A stretch of DNA of 64,000 nucleotides from IMG/VR virus record IMGVR_UViG_3300018475_000104, positions 1 through 64,000 of that record; one strand, written 5' to 3'. The notes under the pieces were generated by a model. The model ran no database searches and was not told where the DNA came from. It worked only from the letters and a program-made list of their open reading frames with translations. Shown in pieces: positions 29,511-40,107 of the stretch. Positions within the stretch are counted from its first letter, which is position 1. Each line of letters begins with the position of its first letter. The translations under genes and the position numbers were made by a program. The DNA comes from a virus. Taxonomy: Duplodnaviria; Caudoviricetes.

Positions 29511-30071
29511 ATGGACAACTTTCAATATTTAGCCGACTTGGTTATACTGATTGGTGGTGTCTGCGCGGCCATAATCACCATCTGTAAAATGTTCGGTAAA
29601 CCAATCAATTTTTTTAAGAAAAGAGAAGAGCAAAGGAAAGAATAGGAACTAAAGGAAGAGGCTATTCGTATTAAAGCAATTTTAACAGAACTTCTTCCCG
29701 GTATGTTCCTAGAGCATGACCTTGAAACTCGACAAAAATATAGGGGTGACAGAGAAAACTATCTCAAAGAAATTAAATGCGCCACCCTTGAAGATTTATA
29801 GAGTCCATTAGATGAATTAATTAAAATTCAAAAGGAATTAAAAGAAGAGTTAGAGAAGGTCAATAGAAGCACGAAGGATATGCTTCGTTAGAGAATTATT
29901 GCGATTTATGATACATATAAAATAGAAGGAAAAATTCCTCAAACTGTTAGAGAGAACTTAGATGAACTTTATAAAGACTATACCTCTCAAGGTGGGAACA
30001 GTTATATTACCAAGTATTATAAGCGCATGATACAATGGGAAGTAATTCCAGATATTCATGAAGAAGAATAA
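29511..30071 (+). CDS. Holin-like membrane protein (3 in-frame TAG; absent from the ORF track)
   Basis: N-terminal TM segment, KDMLR[TAG]RII...Y..Y...GGNSYI; GGAGG RBS. Confidence 0.75.
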
Positions 30072-30152
30072 TTTTTAGAAGAAAGGGACAAAATTTGATT
30101 TTTGTCTCTTTTTTTGTTATAATTAAGAAAAGTAAAATAGGAGAAAAATATA

Positions 30153-31163
30153 ATGGAATTATTTCTTATAAGTATTATAGGTTGTTTAATTATAGGTTTC
30201 TTATTTTATATAGATAGTAGAAATAAGAAACATAAGTAGAAAGAATAGGAATATATTAATAAAATAAAAGAATAGGAAGATTTTATTTAGAAAGCAAAAG
30301 ATGATAAAATTGAATTGTTAGATAGTGATGTTGCAGTATTAAAATAGAAATTAAAAAATTTAGTTGATGAAATTTATGAAAAACAAAGGCTTAATAAAGA
30401 ATTAATTAAACTGCGCCAAGAAGAACTTGATGAAATAATTAAAAAAGAAAGAATTGAAAAGCAGAAGAGTCTTGAAAATGAAATGATTGCTTTTCGTCAA
30501 TCATAGCTTGCTCAAATTAATGCAGAAGTATCTGCAAATCAAATGCTTTTTGAACGAAAGAAAGAAGAATTAGCCAATATACTTTCTGCTGAAAAAGAAA
30601 AGTGTGAAGCTGAGGTCTCTAAAATAAAATTGTAGCTTGAAGATTTTCGTATACAGCGCGAAAGCGTTAATCAAGCGATTCTTCGAGAAAAGGAAATTCA
30701 AGAACAACAAGACTTTTATAGAATTGTTGTTACAGAAAAAGAACAAGCTGACATTCAAGTCTTACAAGATATTATTCCGAGATTAAACAATCGAGAAGCA
30801 ATTTCAAAATTAATTTGGGAATTGTATATTCGGCGCCCTGTACAGGAAATGATAAAGCGAATCACAAAAGGAAAAAAGATTAGTGGTATTTATAAGATAA
30901 CTTATTTAAAAACTGGCGAAGCGTATATAGGAAAGACCACTGATATATCTACTCGTTGGAATAACCACCTAAAAACAGTTTGTGGTTTAGAAGGCGCGGC
31001 GCATTCTACATTACATACTCATATGGAAAGAAACGGTTTATGGAATTACACTTTTGAGATACTTGAAGAGGTTGATAAAGATAAGTTAAGTGAGCGAGAA
31101 GCTTATTACATTGACTTTTATAATACAAAGAACTATGGTTTAAATCAAAAACGAGGCGGATAA
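30153..31163 (+). CDS. TM-anchored coiled-coil protein with C-terminal GIY-YIG nuclease (7 in-frame TAG)
   Basis: Open frame from ATG 30153 with only TAG interruptions; SGIYKIT...YIGKT..RW..H. Confidence 0.82.
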
Positions 31164-31164
31164 A

Positions 31165-32235
31165 ATGAATTTAAGTAAACTTCAAAAAGAAATAGTTGAA
31201 TCAAAAGAAAATAAAATAGTTGTTATGTCTGCAGCGGCGAGTGGTAAAACAGCAGTATTAACTGAGCGAGTTCGCTTTTTACTTCGTTCTGGTGTAAAAC
31301 CAGAAGCAATGGCGGTTATTACCTTTACAAATCTTGCGGCAGAAGAAATGCGTTCGCGCCTAGCAGAAGATTTTAAACCAGGTTTATTTATTGGAACTAT
31401 CCACTCTCTTGCAAATAGCTTTGTTAGAGCATATGGAATTGATACATCTGATGCAATTGAACAGGAAAAGTTTGAAAGACTTTTTGAACTTGTTGAAGAG
31501 AATCCCAAATGCATTAGACATTATGATTGGGTTTTACTTGACGAGGCGCAAGATAGTGATGTCGACCAGTTTAGTTTTATTTTTGGTATGATTAACCCAC
31601 CGAATTTTTTTGTGGTCGGAGACCCAAGACAAAATATCTACCAGTTTAATGACGGTGATTCAAAATATATGCTTACTCTTGCGCGACAAGATGGAGTAAA
31701 AAGAATTTCTCTTAATGAGAATTATCGTAATGGAGACGAAATTTTATCTTTCGCGCGCAGACTTATACGTCCAACTGGTATTATTGATGACTCTATTGCA
31801 AAGGTATCTGGTGGAAAAGTTTTTGAAAAACGATTATCTGTTGATAGCTTAATTACTGGTTTTAAAAAAATGTCGAACTACGGAGACTGGGCTATTTTAG
31901 GCAGAAGCAATGATAGAGTAAATTCAATAATTGCGCAATTAACTAATGCTGGAATTCCTTGTGATGGTTTTAAGCAAGGCGGATTAACTCGTCAAGAACT
32001 AAAAGAAAAAATGGAAGCAAATACTGTTAAAGTTTTAACCATACATAGCGCGAAAGGCTTGGAATGGGATAATGTGGTGGTTATGGATACAAGAATTGGC
32101 AGAAACGAAGAAGATAGATTTCTTGCTTATGTAGCAGCCACTCGCGCGAAGAAAAAGCTTTATTGGAATGCGGAACCTCCGCAATGGGATAGACCAAGAA
32201 AAAAGAGGAATGAATGGGCTGAGGAGTGGAATTAA
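31165..32235 (+). CDS. Compact UvrD/Rep-like SF1 helicase
   Basis: AAASGKT, TFTN.AA, GTIHS, DEAQD, VGDPRQ, NYR, TIHSAKGLEW, YVAATRAK. Confidence 0.93.
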   Translation: MNLSKLQKEIVESKENKIVVMSAAASGKTAVLTERVRFLLRSGVKPEAMAVITFTNLAAEEMRSRLAEDFKPGLFIGTIHSLANSFVRAYGIDTSDAIEQEKFERLFELVEENPKCIRHYDWVLLDEAQDSDVDQFSFIFGMINPPNFFVVGDPRQNIYQFNDGDSKYMLTLARQDGVKRISLNENYRNGDEILSFARRLIRPTGIIDDSIAKVSGGKVFEKRLSVDSLITGFKKMSNYGDWAILGRSNDRVNSIIAQLTNAGIPCDGFKQGGLTRQELKEKMEANTVKVLTIHSAKGLEWDNVVVMDTRIGRNEEDRFLAYVAATRAKKKLYWNAEPPQWDRPRKKRNEWAEEWN

Positions 32236-32236
32236 A

Positions 32237-32446
32237 ATGAAAATGTATGATTATTTAGTGAGTTATCATTTCCAGCAGGAAGGATATTTATCTTTTTCAA
32301 TAGGAACCTCGCAAATATCTGTTAAGAAAAAAATTACTACTTTTGAAGATATAAATAAAGTACAAGAAACTTTATCAAAATCAATTGAAAAAGCAAAAAA
32401 TTTAGCAATATTTAATATATGTTATCTTGGAAGAAATAAACATTAA
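32237..32446 (+). CDS. Hypothetical protein
   Basis: ORF directly after the helicase. Confidence 0.5.
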   Translation: MKMYDYLVSYHFQQEGYLSFSIGTSQISVKKKITTFEDINKVQETLSKSIEKAKNLAIFNICYLGRNKH

Positions 32447-32517
32447 AAATTTTGGAGAAAGTTAATTTGACTTTCTCCTTTTTTTATGGTATAATAAATA
32501 TATAATGAGATAGAAAG

Positions 32518-32919
32518 GTGATAATCATGATTAAATGTTCATCTTATGAAGAGTTGAAAGAAAAATATCCTCTTGATGGAATTCATAATTATTGTTATGT
32601 TGTTGATAAAACAAAAGAAAATTGTCTTACAGAAGCAGATTTAAAAATTTTAAAAACAGCACATCCAAATGGTTATTTTGATAAAGAAAATTGGAAGTAT
32701 GAATATTATTATATTTCTTGTTATATAATGTATGACCATTATTGTTTTGATGGAGAGTATTGGTATCTTGGACTTGATAGTTGGGATGGTATATACTTTG
32801 TGGATAATCTTCCTGATTTTGGCGTAGTTCTCAAAGGAATTAGAGGTACTTTTCGAACAATAGAAGAAGCAGAGAAACATAAAGAATATTTGGAAAGTGA
32901 ATATATGTTTCAATTTTAA
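32518..32919 (+). CDS. Hypothetical protein
   Basis: ORF after a promoter. Confidence 0.55.
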   Translation: MIIMIKCSSYEELKEKYPLDGIHNYCYVVDKTKENCLTEADLKILKTAHPNGYFDKENWKYEYYYISCYIMYDHYCFDGEYWYLGLDSWDGIYFVDNLPDFGVVLKGIRGTFRTIEEAEKHKEYLESEYMFQF

Positions 32920-32937
32920 ATAGGAAGGAGAAAATAA

Positions 32938-34800
32938 ATGACTGAATATACAGCAAATGATATTCAAACTCTTGATTTTAGAACGGCAATCCGTTCTCGT
33001 ATTGCCATGTATATGGGCAGCGCAGATAATCAAGGGGTACTCCAATGTGTAAGAGAAATTATCACCAACTCCATTGATGAAGCAACAATGGGGTTTGGTA
33101 ATAGAATTACAATTGATTTATATGAAGGCAATCGTATTAAAATTGCTGACGAAGGTCGTGGTTGCCCTTTTGGATTGCGCGATGACGGCACAGAGGCACT
33201 CGAAGCGATTTACACAATGGCACATTCTGGTGCAAAATTTAATGATAAAATTTTCCAAAACGTAGCAGGCATGAATGGTATTGGCGCGAAGGGTGTAGCG
33301 TTGTCTTCTGATTATTTTCATGTGACAAGCGTGAGAGATGGAAAGCTTGCCGCTCTGACTCTGGAAAAAGGTATTAAAACCAATTTTATGATTGGAGATT
33401 TTGAAGAAGGTGTAACTCGTCATAGTGGAACAACTGTAACTTTTGTTCCTTCCCAGGAAGTATATAATCTTGAACCCGTCAAATTCGACTTTGAAGAAAT
33501 TAAAAAGATGTGCCAAGACTGGTCTTATTTGTCTAAAGGTATCTCCTTCATTCTTCATAATCATATCACAAATGAAAAAGTAACCTATCTTTCTAAAAAT
33601 GGCTTGATCGACCTTATGAAAGAAAAGGGCGGAAAACTTCTTCACAAAACTCCTTTGCATATCGTTGTAGAAGAAGATAAAATTGAAGCAGAAATTGTAA
33701 TGGGTTGGACTGGCGGCCGCAATGAAACTTGGCACGTGTTCACAAATGGTCTTGAAAACTCTGAAGGCGGCACTTCCTTAACTGGTATTAAAACCGCACT
33801 TACAAACTTCTTTAAGAAGAAGCTGAAAGGTGAAGCCGCACCAGATATTCTACGCAAAGGACTTTTCTATGCAGTAACCTGTAAAGTGCCTAATCCTTCT
33901 TTCGCTAATCAAACCAAAACGAAAGTAAACAACCCCGAACTTCGTGGCCTATGCCAGCGCGCAACCACTCAAATGCTTGAACAGTTTGAGCATCGTCATA
34001 AGGACGAATTTGATAAGGTGCTTGAACTACTCACCAGAGAACTTAAGGCTGAGGCTGCTGCTGAGAAGACGCGCAAGCAAGTTTTGGAAGCAACTAAGGA
34101 CATCGAAAAAAATCAAAAGCGAAAAGTCTTTTCTTCCGACAAGTTAAAGGACGCTGAATATCTCGGACAGGACTCTACTCTGCTTATTGTGGAGGGTGAT
34201 TCTGCGGCAAGCTCTATTGCTAAGGCGCGCGATTATAAGAAATATGGTATCTTAGCAATTCGTGGTAAAATGTTGAACTGTCTCGCACATCCAGATGATA
34301 AGATTTTTGAAAATGAAGAAATTAAGCTTTTGCTTAGTGCGATGAATATTATTCCCAATAAGTATAATAGCGAAAAGCTTCGTTATGGAAAGATTGGCAT
34401 CTGTGTCGATGCTGATAGCGATGGTGGGCATATCGCTTTGCTTATTATGTCAGCACTTCATTATCTCGCGCCAAAGTTCCTTGACGAGGGAAGACTCTGT
34501 TGGTTAAGGTCTCCTTTGTATATTGTAAAGAATGGCAAGACTTATTCTTACTACTTTACTGATGAAGAGTTTAATAAAGTGAGAGGAAAGATTCGTGGTG
34601 AAGTCACTCGTGCCAAGGGATTGGGCGCGCTCTCTCCCGAAATGGCTCAGGAGTCTATGTTTGGTGAATATCAGAGAATGGATATTCTTGAAGTGGATGA
34701 GAGTGCGAAGGTTCTGCTTGAAGATTTGATGGGCGTTGATGTAGAGCCAAGAAGAAAATTTGTGTTTAATGAAATTGACTTTTCGGAAGTGAGAGAATAA
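32938..34800 (+). CDS. gyrB: Type IIA topoisomerase B subunit
   Basis: EIITNSIDE, D.GRG.P, GMNGIG, EGDSA, RGK.LN, DADSDG, KGLG. Confidence 0.93.
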   Translation: MTEYTANDIQTLDFRTAIRSRIAMYMGSADNQGVLQCVREIITNSIDEATMGFGNRITIDLYEGNRIKIADEGRGCPFGLRDDGTEALEAIYTMAHSGAKFNDKIFQNVAGMNGIGAKGVALSSDYFHVTSVRDGKLAALTLEKGIKTNFMIGDFEEGVTRHSGTTVTFVPSQEVYNLEPVKFDFEEIKKMCQDWSYLSKGISFILHNHITNEKVTYLSKNGLIDLMKEKGGKLLHKTPLHIVVEEDKIEAEIVMGWTGGRNETWHVFTNGLENSEGGTSLTGIKTALTNFFKKKLKGEAAPDILRKGLFYAVTCKVPNPSFANQTKTKVNNPELRGLCQRATTQMLEQFEHRHKDEFDKVLELLTRELKAEAAAEKTRKQVLEATKDIEKNQKRKVFSSDKLKDAEYLGQDSTLLIVEGDSAASSIAKARDYKKYGILAIRGKMLNCLAHPDDKIFENEEIKLLLSAMNIIPNKYNSEKLRYGKIGICVDADSDGGHIALLIMSALHYLAPKFLDEGRLCWLRSPLYIVKNGKTYSYYFTDEEFNKVRGKIRGEVTRAKGLGALSPEMAQESMFGEYQRMDILEVDESAKVLLEDLMGVDVEPRRKFVFNEIDFSEVRE

Positions 34801-34802
34801 TT

Positions 34803-34997
34803 ATGAGAAAAACTACAAAAGAAATAATTAAAATTTTTGAAAATGATACAAATTTAGATTATTTTAAAATTATTGACAATAATAAATTAATATATTACGA
34901 TACAAGAAATAATGATATTAGTATTATTATTCTTGGATTAGATGGTAGAATTTTTAAAATTTTAAGAGAAGTTAATTTTTCACAGGTGAGAGAATAA
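34803..34997 (+). CDS. Small AT-rich hypothetical protein ending in a copy of the GyrB C-terminus
   Basis: EVNFSQVRE versus GyrB EIDFSEVRE. Confidence 0.55.
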   Translation: MRKTTKEIIKIFENDTNLDYFKIIDNNKLIYYDTRNNDISIIILGLDGRIFKILREVNFSQVRE

Positions 34998-34999
34998 TC

Positions 35000-35173
35000 A
35001 TGAAATATTTCTTTAATGGAAAAAATTATGAAATGCCAGATATTGAATGTTCTTATACCATTTTAAATAGAATTTTAGTTGAAAAAGAAGATGATGAAAA
35101 AGTTCCCTTTTTCGCATTCGACAATGAAAAATTGAAACTTATAATTATTTTTGGAAAAGAAATTAAAGAATAA
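35000..35173 (+). CDS. Small hypothetical protein (57 aa)
   Basis: ATG..TAA open frame after the duplicated GAGAGAATAAT junction. Confidence 0.45.
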   Translation: MKYFFNGKNYEMPDIECSYTILNRILVEKEDDEKVPFFAFDNEKLKLIIIFGKEIKE

Positions 35174-35236
35174 TAAAGTTTGAAAGTTTTCTAAATTTAT
35201 TATATAATATATATGTAAGTTGAAAGGAGGAAACAA

Positions 35237-37582
35237 ATGAATTTAACTCCTATTATAAAAGACTCCTTCGCGCAATATTCTGGCGCCGTCCTTCAATCTC
35301 GCGCACTTCCCGATGTGCGCGATATGCTGAAGCCTTCGGCGCGACAAATTTTCTATTGCCTTTATACAGATAAATTCACTCACAATAAACCCTTTAAGAA
35401 AACCCTAAAGGCTATTGGTAGTGCAATGCGTATGTATATCCATGGCGATAGTTCGTGCGAAGGAATTATAATGCGAGCTTCGCAAGATTTTGCTATGAGA
35501 TATCCTTTCGTAGAAGTGGAAGGTTCTAACGGCGACCCTGTCCTAAGCGGTAACTGGTCTGCGCCTCGTTATACTTCTTCAAGACTATCCCAACTGGCAA
35601 ATTACTTGTTTGAAGATATAGAGAAAAATACCATTAACGAGTGGCGAGATAATTATGACGATACAGAACAGTATCCTGCCATTCTCCCCACAAAGGGCTT
35701 TTATGGAATTGTTAATGGCGGTATGGGCATCGGTGTAGGTGCAGCTTTTAGTTGCCCGCAATTTAACATCAAAGATGTCAATGCCGCACTTGAAAAACTA
35801 CTCGACAATCCAGATATTGACTTTGAGGAGATTTATTGCGCGCCGGACTTTGCGAGTGGCGCAATTCTTCTTAATGAGTCCGAAGTAAAAGAAAGCCTTA
35901 AAAAGGGAACTGGACTTGCTTGTAAGTTGCGGTCTGTTGTATCTTTTGATTCAACTGAAAGATGTTTAATTGCAACAGAAATTCCTTATGGGGTTTATAC
36001 AAGCACCATTTGCGGTGAACTTGATAAAATTCTTGAGGATGAAGCCAACCCTGGTGTAGATAGGTATAATGACCTAACCAAGGGAACTCCTATCATCAAA
36101 ATTTATCTCAAACGCGCGGCCAATCCAGATAAGGTGTTGAAGTATTTGTATAAGAATACTTCTCTCCAATCTCATTTTGGTATCAATCTCACAATGCTTG
36201 AAAATGGTCGTTTCCCCAAAGTGTTTGGTTGGAAAGAAGCTCTTCAAGCTCATATTGACCATGAGAAGGTAGTTTATCGTAGAGGTTACGAATTTGATTT
36301 AAACAAGATAGAACAGCGAATCCATATTATTGATGGTTTGTTTATTTGTCTTGCCCAAATCGAAGAAGTAATTCAAACAATCAAATCCTCTGTTTCAACT
36401 ACTGCCGCAAATAAGGCTTTGTGTGAGAAGTTCCTTCTTGATGAAGCACAGGCAAAAGCAGTTTTGGATATGAAACTTTCTCGTTTGGCTCATTTGGAAG
36501 TAGAAAAAATTGAGAAAGAGAAAGAAGAATTAGAAAAAGAAGCCGCCAAGATAAAAGAACTTTTGAGTAATACTGTTTTATTTAACGAACAACTCAAACT
36601 TGGTTGGCGCGAAGTGGCTAAAAAATTTGGTGACGCGCGCAGAACTAAAGTAATGAATTTGGTCGTTAATGAAGAGGAACCCACCGAAGTTCGTCAACTC
36701 ATTCTGAACTTCACCAACCACGGGAACATTTTTATCTCTGAAAGCTCTACTCTTTATACACAAAAGCGTGGTGGAGTAGGAACCAAGTTTAAGCTTGATA
36801 AGGGAGAATATGTTGTTTCCGCAAAGATTGGTGATAGTACAGATACTGTGCTTTTCTTCTCCAATAAAGGTAACTTCTATCATGCAAAGATGAATGAGAT
36901 GCCCGTTGGCGAAAAAATTCACACCTCTTCTCTAATCTCAATCCATTCCTATGAAGAGATTCGCGCAGCAACTGTATTGTCTAAAACAGACAAGAAAAAG
37001 TTTATTATCTTTGTCACCAAGCAAGGTATTGTAAAGAAAAGTGAACTTGATGAATACAATGTAAAACGTGGCGGTGGCGCGAAGGCAATTGAACTTCAAG
37101 ATACGGATGAAATTGTATCAACACTTTTTGTTGATGATGAACCTTGTGGTATTCTTACTGCTGAAGGTAACTTGCTACTAATTGAAACAAAGGATATTCG
37201 CGCGATTGGACGTATAGCAAAAGGAGTTAAGGGCATCAAGCTAAACGATGGCGACTATGTTGTCAGCGCGAAAGCATTGCCAGAAGCAACAAAAGAAATC
37301 CTGTCTATTTCGTCCAGCGGCTTATCTAAGCGAACTGACTATTCTGAGTTCTCAATTACTGGCAAGAATACCAAAGGCAAAAAGGTTCAAAAGATTGTTG
37401 ACAAGGACTTCATGGTAGACTTCCTACCTATTGAGTCAAATAATGATGTGGTAGTTGTATCTTCCACCGCGCAGTTGAGAATTTCTCTTGTCGATATTTC
37501 TCTTTTAGGACGTGGCGCGCAAGGCAACAAAACAATTAAACTGAAAGAAAAGGATAGAGTTATCTCTCTCCAAACAGTTTAA
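35237..37582 (+). CDS. gyrA: DNA gyrase subunit A
   Basis: RALPDVRD.LKP, HGDSS, APRYT, GyrA-box-like QKRGGVG, C-terminal pinwheel repeats. Confidence 0.93.
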   Translation: MNLTPIIKDSFAQYSGAVLQSRALPDVRDMLKPSARQIFYCLYTDKFTHNKPFKKTLKAIGSAMRMYIHGDSSCEGIIMRASQDFAMRYPFVEVEGSNGDPVLSGNWSAPRYTSSRLSQLANYLFEDIEKNTINEWRDNYDDTEQYPAILPTKGFYGIVNGGMGIGVGAAFSCPQFNIKDVNAALEKLLDNPDIDFEEIYCAPDFASGAILLNESEVKESLKKGTGLACKLRSVVSFDSTERCLIATEIPYGVYTSTICGELDKILEDEANPGVDRYNDLTKGTPIIKIYLKRAANPDKVLKYLYKNTSLQSHFGINLTMLENGRFPKVFGWKEALQAHIDHEKVVYRRGYEFDLNKIEQRIHIIDGLFICLAQIEEVIQTIKSSVSTTAANKALCEKFLLDEAQAKAVLDMKLSRLAHLEVEKIEKEKEELEKEAAKIKELLSNTVLFNEQLKLGWREVAKKFGDARRTKVMNLVVNEEEPTEVRQLILNFTNHGNIFISESSTLYTQKRGGVGTKFKLDKGEYVVSAKIGDSTDTVLFFSNKGNFYHAKMNEMPVGEKIHTSSLISIHSYEEIRAATVLSKTDKKKFIIFVTKQGIVKKSELDEYNVKRGGGAKAIELQDTDEIVSTLFVDDEPCGILTAEGNLLLIETKDIRAIGRIAKGVKGIKLNDGDYVVSAKALPEATKEILSISSSGLSKRTDYSEFSITGKNTKGKKVQKIVDKDFMVDFLPIESNNDVVVVSSTAQLRISLVDISLLGRGAQGNKTIKLKEKDRVISLQTV

Positions 37583-37723
37583 AAATTCTAGCCAATTAAA
37601 ATTTGAAAAAATTTCAAAATTAGGCTATAATATATATAGAAAGTTGAGAGAAGAAAGCCTCAACTTCGGCCATCCTTGAATGGCAAATAAAAAATATTTT
37701 AATTAAAAAGGAGATTGAAAATC

Positions 37724-37978
37724 ATGGCAGACACTATTAAACTAACCGAAAAGACTCTAGAGGCATTTAACTTTGTAAAGGAAAAGGGTGGTCGTGTATC
37801 CACTAAGGACATTCAGGCAGGTCTAGGTCTAGAGAAGATCGCTTCCGTAACTGGCCGCGTAACCAGCCTTTGCAATAAGGGCCTAGCCGTTCGTGAGTAT
37901 GAAGAGGATTCCGAGGGCAATAAGATTTGCTACGTAGTTCTAACTGACGAAGGTATGGAGTATACTCCCGCTGAGTAA
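37724..37978 (+). CDS. Small winged-helix DNA-binding protein
   Basis: SV.GRV.SL..KGL..R....Y.LT..G; own promoter and terminator. Confidence 0.65.
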   Translation: MADTIKLTEKTLEAFNFVKEKGGRVSTKDIQAGLGLEKIASVTGRVTSLCNKGLAVREYEEDSEGNKICYVVLTDEGMEYTPAE

Positions 37979-37994
37979 TTAAACTCACAAGTAG

Positions 37995-38026
37995 TAGGGC
38001 ATTAGTTCATTCCTAATGCCCTATTT
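37995..38026 (+). terminator. Intrinsic terminator
   Basis: TAGGGCATTAG/CTAATGCCCTA followed by TTT. Confidence 0.7.
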
Positions 38027-38070
38027 CTCCCTTAGAAAGAACTAAAATTTTAAAAAAGAGGTATAATAAA

Positions 38071-38997
38071 ATGAGAGTTGCAGAAAATAAAGTTCGTATT
38101 GAAGGTATCCTAAGTGAAACTAATCTTGAGTATGGTTCTTTCCAGAAGGATGGCAAGACAGTCGAATGTATCCGTGGTCTGATTAAGGTTCTCGTAAATC
38201 AGAGTGTAAACGGAATTCCTACCGACAATGAAATTCCGGTTCATATGTTTGCTTCTAAGCTGAAGAATGATGGTACACCCAATCCCGCATATGAATCTAT
38301 TGACCGCATTAAGAGGGAATATATTTCTATTGCTGCATCCGAAAATGGTGAAGCAGGCGCAGATTGTGTTCGTATTACAGGTGCGCAGATTACAATGAAT
38401 GAGTATTACAATCAGAATAAGCAGCTTGTGTCTTTCCCCCGTATCCAGGCTTCCTTCGTTCAGAAGATTGCTCGTAAGGATATGAAGCCCGAAGCTTCTT
38501 TCAGCGCTGAAATGGTAGTTGGCGCAAAGGGTTATAAGACCGATGCTGAGGGTAATGAAGTTGAACCTCGTGTTTATTCTGTAAAAGGTATCATGCCCCT
38601 ATACGGTGATAAGGTTCAGGTTGTTGAGTTTATCGCAGCCAATGAAAAGGTTGCCGATGTTGTTGAAAACAACTGGGAAGAAAAAGACACTGTTAAGTTT
38701 ATCGGTCGTCTAAACTTCTCTTCTCGCACTGAAACTTATCTTGAAGAAGTTGACTTTGGTGAGCCTCAAGAGCGCACTCGTACTTTGTCTGTAAGTGAAC
38801 TACTAATTACTGGTGGTTCTAAGGATCCTCTCGAAGGTGACTTTGCTTTTGATAAGGATGACATTCAGAAAGCTCTATCTGACCGCATCGCTCGTCTGGA
38901 AGCTCAGAAGACTAAGGATATTGAACGTGCAAAGGCTCGTAAGGCTCCTGCTCCTGCTAATGAGACTTCGAAGGGTAGTTTTGACCTCGGATTTTAA
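38071..38997 (+). CDS. Phage ssDNA-binding protein (SPbeta YorF-like position)
   Basis: N.V.IEG.LSE start, acidic/aromatic tail FDLGF, gene context. Confidence 0.65.
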   Translation: MRVAENKVRIEGILSETNLEYGSFQKDGKTVECIRGLIKVLVNQSVNGIPTDNEIPVHMFASKLKNDGTPNPAYESIDRIKREYISIAASENGEAGADCVRITGAQITMNEYYNQNKQLVSFPRIQASFVQKIARKDMKPEASFSAEMVVGAKGYKTDAEGNEVEPRVYSVKGIMPLYGDKVQVVEFIAANEKVADVVENNWEEKDTVKFIGRLNFSSRTETYLEEVDFGEPQERTRTLSVSELLITGGSKDPLEGDFAFDKDDIQKALSDRIARLEAQKTKDIERAKARKAPAPANETSKGSFDLGF

Positions 38998-39015
38998 TTG
39001 AGGAGGTTGTAAACT

Positions 39016-39999
39016 ATGGCTATTGATTTATTGGCTATTCAACCTACGACTATTTCCCGCGATCTTCGCGGGAAGTATGTCTTACTTTATGGTAAGCCTA
39101 AGTCTGGTAAAACCACTGCTGCTGTTCAGTTCCCTAGAGCACTTCTATGTGCCTTTGAGAAAGGTTATAATGCGATTGGCGGTGTAAAGCCAGTAGACGT
39201 TGATAAGTGGTCTGATTTTAAGCAGGTACTTCGTCAGTTGGCTAAGCCAGAAGTTAAAGAAATTTATGAAACAATCGTAATTGACACTGTTTCAATTGCT
39301 TGGGATTTATGTGAGCAGTTTGTTTGCGCGCAGAACGGTGTTCAGAAAATCGCTGACATTCCTTGGGGTGGCGGTTATTCTGCGGCCAAGAAAGAGTTTG
39401 AATCTACACTTCGTAAGATTACCCAGCTTGGGTATGGTGTTGTTCTAATCGCACACAGCGCGACTCGCATTGAAAAGGGTGCTGATGGTAGTGATATTGA
39501 GATTATTTCTCCCGAACTACCCAAACGCGCCTATGAAGTATGTAATGGTATCGTCGATATTATTGGCTATATTGGCAATGAGTGGGTAAATGGTGAACAG
39601 CATCGTTGGCTATATACTCGTGAAACGCCTACTCTATTTGCTGGTTCTCGCTTTAAGCATCTTGCGCCTAAGATTCCGTTCAGTTATCAGAATCTTGTAA
39701 ATGCTATTGGCGAAGCTATTGATAAAGCCGAACAGATTGATGGAGCCAAAGTTATTGAACACGCTGTCACAAGAGAGGTTGAGGTTCTTAATTTCAATGA
39801 GATTAGAGCTGAAGCAGAAAGCCTTTGGAAGCAGTTGCTTGCCAAGGGGCAGACAGATGAAGAAAAACAGGATATTGCTAAAGCCATTAGCAAGAAAATT
39901 GAAATGGTATTTGGTAGAACAATGAGACTTTCTGAGATTACAGAAGACCAGGTTGATTTGTTTAATCTTGTTGTTCTTGATATGCGCGACATGCTTTAA
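39016..39999 (+). CDS. AAA_24/Sak4-like ssDNA-annealing ATPase
   Basis: YGKPKSGKTT, IVIDT, IAH, VDIIGY, AGSR. Confidence 0.85.
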   Translation: MAIDLLAIQPTTISRDLRGKYVLLYGKPKSGKTTAAVQFPRALLCAFEKGYNAIGGVKPVDVDKWSDFKQVLRQLAKPEVKEIYETIVIDTVSIAWDLCEQFVCAQNGVQKIADIPWGGGYSAAKKEFESTLRKITQLGYGVVLIAHSATRIEKGADGSDIEIISPELPKRAYEVCNGIVDIIGYIGNEWVNGEQHRWLYTRETPTLFAGSRFKHLAPKIPFSYQNLVNAIGEAIDKAEQIDGAKVIEHAVTREVEVLNFNEIRAEAESLWKQLLAKGQTDEEKQDIAKAISKKIEMVFGRTMRLSEITEDQVDLFNLVVLDMRDML

Positions 40000-40020
40000 T
40001 TTAACATTCAGTCTTAGATT

Positions 40021-40047
40021 AGAGGTAGAGAAATCTACCTCTTTTTA
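40021..40047 (+). terminator. Intrinsic terminator
   Basis: AGAGGTAGA/TCTACCTCT followed by TTTT. Confidence 0.75.
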
Positions 40048-40107
40048 ATTTGACTTTTTAAAAAAATTATGGTATAATAATTTTAGGAAAAGAATTGAGG
40101 TGGAAAT

